From: Eledone cirrhosa
Lineage: Eukaryota
Length of the DNA: 64,000 nucleotides
Assembly (NCBI GenBank): GCA_964016885.1
Contig: OZ024753.1
Coordinates: 31,558,001 to 31,622,000 of the forward strand
Direction: 5' to 3'
The notes beneath the pieces were generated by a model. The model was not told where the DNA came from. It made no database searches and was given only the letters and a program-made list of their open reading frames with translations. Numbering within the stretch: the first letter of the stretch is position 1; each line of letters opens with the position of its first letter. Shown one piece after another: positions 59,913-64,000 of this stretch. Position numbers and translations under genes: made by a program.

Positions 59913-61211
59913 TTATATATATATATATATAATGAAAACTACAAAATATTGCCTGTTCTTTTGTATTTGAAATCATTTTCTGCCATAGTGAGTCATATGA
60001 TGAATCCTTCATTGGTTCCATGAAGGGTATTTAGTTGTTTGACCACTTAACATATGCCTGACTTGTTACATTAAGGTCTTACTGGCTGAGTATATCACTG
60101 ACATGTGACCCCGTAACATGATTCACAAACCATGCCAAATTAGCCTGACATATTATGTGATGAAGCTGACCATTTGAATTATATGTACAGTCCATCCAAT
60201 ATTTTTACACACATTTATTCTTCACATGCTAGCTTGGAAGATGGATGTTAAATGATGATGATGATGAATCTCATTCTCAATTTATTAATTACATTTGCTA
60301 AAGGGCATTTGGGTTGGACCCAGGACCTCTTGACTATGAAGTAAATCTCTTAAGCTGTGCATAGTGTAGTTGTCAATGTAAGCAATATCAGAAAATAATG
60401 GGTATATTATCTTTTAGAACAAATCATTTTCAATACATCTCTGAATGAGATATGTTTTATTTTATTACCCTGGTATAATGGCGCCCACATGTTAACTTCC
60501 TTCTGTGAGGGCTGATTAATTACAATGGATTTCATTAGGATTATACTCACTTCAGTTTCCTGGAGCTTGCCAATTACCACAGCTACTACTTATTTGCTAT
60601 CTTTTCTTCAGATTGCAAAGACTTTCATAGAAACTAACTGGCTTTCTTCAAAGTTTTGTTAGAGAAGTTAGGACTGCAGGTATAAAGTGATATTTAGAGA
60701 AAGAAATAATTGACTGTGTCTGCATGTAAGAAATTATGGCCTGGATAACAAGAAAAACCAACATATGTAATAAAAGATCACTTGAGTCAGTATTCTGAGA
60801 AATGCTGGTATAAAATTAATTGATGGTTTATTTCAATGGCTTTCACATCCCCTAGAGAGATATTGTATTTGAAGTGTTAAAACACAGACACTATGTTTCA
60901 GGGAAAGTTACCAAAATCTTACTTCACTATTCATGGATAACACATAGAATTATAATACAGCTTATTATAAATTGTTAAGTGATAAACTTTCATGCCAACC
61001 TTATATTTATAATCACATCAAACTTCCACATAAAAGCTAAAGCCTTAATTTATTATTATAAACTCAACTTTGCTCAGTTACTAAATTTCTATGAGGTATC
61101 CATTAACCCTATGCTGCAACAATATCGGACCACTTTATTATTCACCAACACACTACAAACACCAGTTTACTAATATGATATATGCATTTCTTGTGCATCT
61201 TCTGTGAATGT

Positions 61212-61345
61212 GAGCAACCTAATGGTTAAGGTGTTGAACTGTAAGGCCAGACTTCAATACTTCAATTCCCAGACAGGGAGGAGTTTTGTGTTCTTCAGCA
61301 AATCACTTCATTTAATATTATTCCACTTCCACTCAGCTGAAGCAA
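61212..61345 (+). mobile_element. Diverged tRNA/V-domain-like SINE
   Basis: taatggttaagg..ttcaattcccagac..ttcagcaaatcacttcattt..ccactcagctg. Confidence 0.55.
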
Positions 61346-62071
61346 TGATTACCATTAAGAGACTGGCTTGCATTGCATATGGAACTAGAATAAGTCTCCA
61401 TCTGATTAACATTAAGGCTCAAGAAAGACTAACCTTCTGAGTGTTTTCTAGTGATATTGCACAACACCCTAAGGAAATTCTTATTCCTATATGACAGCCT
61501 TTAAACCTGCCTTTCTGTCACCCTATTAACACATTGCCTAAATATATTACTAAAACTTTCTGTTTCTGAAACTAATCCACCTTGTAACATTGCGTCATGC
61601 TGATTAGGCCTAAGAATTGCATAAAGGTCGCCTATGTCTGTGGAATACTCAGCCACTAAGGAACCACAGAATATTTACTGTTGAGACTGGGAGGGAAGTA
61701 CTTTATGGTGTTGATTCTGGTTCTCTAAACTCAGAGTTCAAATTTGGGTTCAATAAATAACATACCAGTCTAGTAATTTAAATATTCTCCATTGTGTACA
61801 AGTAAGACTTATACTTTGCTAAGGAAGTTTTATTAGGCCATAATATCTCCCAAATTGCTGGTTTTGTGTCTAAATTAGAAATCTATATTATTTTTCTCGT
61901 TCAACAGAAACGCTGTTATATTGTTACATTTTTTTTACAAGTTTAAGTTGACTAATGCAACTCCAATCAGTAAAATTACTAACACTGTGACAGGAAGAGA
62001 ATGTGATAGGAAAACATCTATTAAATATATACTGTATGTATTTATCTATATAAACATTCTTGTTATTGCAG

Positions 62072-62163
62072 GTATTACTGGCACCGTCAGTATTGATGAA
62101 AATGGTGATAGGAGTGCGGACTACTCTTTGCTGGATATGGACCCTCTAAGTGGAAAGTTTGAG
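62072..62163 (+). CDS. Internal exon of a natriuretic-peptide-receptor-like membrane guanylyl cyclase (extracellular ANF-receptor domain)
   Basis: Acceptor ttattgcAG, donor GTaagg; 92 nt, phase 1 to 0; encodes (G)ITGTVSIDENGDRSADYSLLDMDPLSGKFE, the G.TG.V.ID.NGDR..DY motif of NPR-type receptors. Confidence 0.9.
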
Positions 62164-64000
62164 GTAAGGCATATTAAAAGAACATATTTAATTTTAATCA
62201 ATATTTACTCCTGATAAGGACCTCCTGAACTTTAGCATTTCGATTGTTCTATAAACATCCATTGTCAGATATATATGTATGCACAAGGGTCCTCACCAAA
62301 TAGGCTTCAGAATATATAATATCATTGAATATTTCTATATTAGGGACAAGATGCCTTAGTCAGGAGGAGAGCAGTGCTATATATTTTCAGCACTTTCCAT
62401 ACTGGTTGCAGAGGACGAAATCTTGGTCCAAGTTCTTGTAATAGGGTAGAGTTTACTAAAGGCATGCAAAAATTCAAACATTATATTAATGAGGCAGATT
62501 GATTAAGTCTAACACTCATGCATGCCACAGTGCGATTTGATCTCAGAACTCAAAGAATCAGGAAAAATATGATACATCATGATGTGGTGTAAAAATAATT
62601 CTCTTAATTATTTTTACACAAATATGTGTGCTCATTTCACTACTGCTAAGCTCTTTCTATTATAGACATACAATTTCTGATAAAAGAATAAAAAAAACAT
62701 TACCAGTCAAGATAAGAAGTGCCTTGCACTAAACATATAGCTTATGGTTCCGTTGGACTTTAGTGTTCTGCTTTCCATACCTGGACAATCATACATACCA
62801 GAGAGGCTTGGTGATGATAGCTTTCTTCAATTTCTAGCACACTTTCTGATAAGAAAGAATGAGTTTGTAATGGGAAGATGAAAAATCAATATTATTCATA
62901 CTTTGTGATTATTCCACATTATATATTGCATCATAATATCTATATCACTTTCAAACAGTCATACTGCTGTATTATAATATATAATCGAAATATCACATTC
63001 ACTTATAATAGAATTGAATGGACCTCCATTTGGGCAATGAATGTTTTAGTTCTTCAATGGACAGAAAACCTGTCTATAAAATTGCAGTGTAAATTGCTGA
63101 GCATTTAACAAACATATATAAGCTTAACATAATTCTCTTGTGTGACAAGGCTGGCTCTTTAAATTACAAGTACATCCACCTGACACATTTTTGAAGAGTT
63201 TCCAGTAACATAATTTTACTCACGGCTTTGCTCATTTCTAGTTTAGAAAATAACACTTGTTCAACATGGCACACTGTAGGAACGAATGTGAAACATTAAG
63301 TTTTCAATGCAAACTGTCATTTACATATACATTACTGTATTATTGAATATCTTCATAAAATCAGAGGTGAATATTTTCTTTTCATGAAATGTAGCTGTGT
63401 GGAATTGTATCAATCTAAACATACACATCAACTAAACTGGATGAATAGCATGATTGAGGAATGGCAGTAAATACCTTGCGGTATTTCTCCTCTTAAGTTG
63501 GTTTTCAATCTGTTTCATTTCTATGAATGGTTTCTTTCAATAATAAAGAAATAATATTTACAAAAGTGATAATTAAAAGAATATATTACTTCTAAAGTAT
63601 GTGTCTTTTATGCCTGAAGGAGAAGTTCATAATCTTGATAGTGCTATAACAAATTTTATTGATATTTTTATTCTTAAAGATGAAATCAGTCAAAGAAAAC
63701 TGAGGATATCAAGAAATTTTAGTGCAGTCATTAATTGAATTATTTTATAACAAACCTCCTTATATATTAAAATACTGAGATTAAGACAACCTTTTATCAG
63801 TTTAATATCTGATTGATGCAGTGTAGTTTAGAACTTCTCTTCCCACCCATACAAACCCAGGTTCAATTTCACTGAAAGACATCTTTAGTAAGAGTCACTA
63901 ATCAAAGTTCCAAGTTCACCCTAGCATTGTGAGTCACTGTCGCTAGCATGCTATTGATCTCTGTATTGGTTATACTGGACATAAAGAGGTGCCATAGAGT

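Overview
AT-rich, microsatellite-saturated metazoan DNA with a 200-N gap at 31125-31324. The SINE families and (TA)n/(CA)n density suggest a cephalopod such as Octopus (inference). Most of the window looks intronic or intergenic, and nearly all listed ORFs are microsatellite artefacts. Real coding signal: three 5'-truncated Penelope-like retroelements (RT and/or GIY-YIG), RTE LINE 3' fragments, and one 92-nt exon of a natriuretic-peptide-receptor-like guanylyl cyclase. Main discovery: a dense population of type I hammerhead ribozymes (HHR), about 11 with intact cores plus about 7 near-intact and several half motifs. The key example is a 466-bp tandem array (17826-19595) in which each hairpin-rich unit carries one intact HHR, i.e. 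a candidate non-LTR retrozyme producing a viroid-like circular RNA. Many short fold-back HHR elements sit in (TA)n tracts, and one shares its tail with the 5' end of the coding Penelope element. All folds were paired by eye; no activity has been shown.
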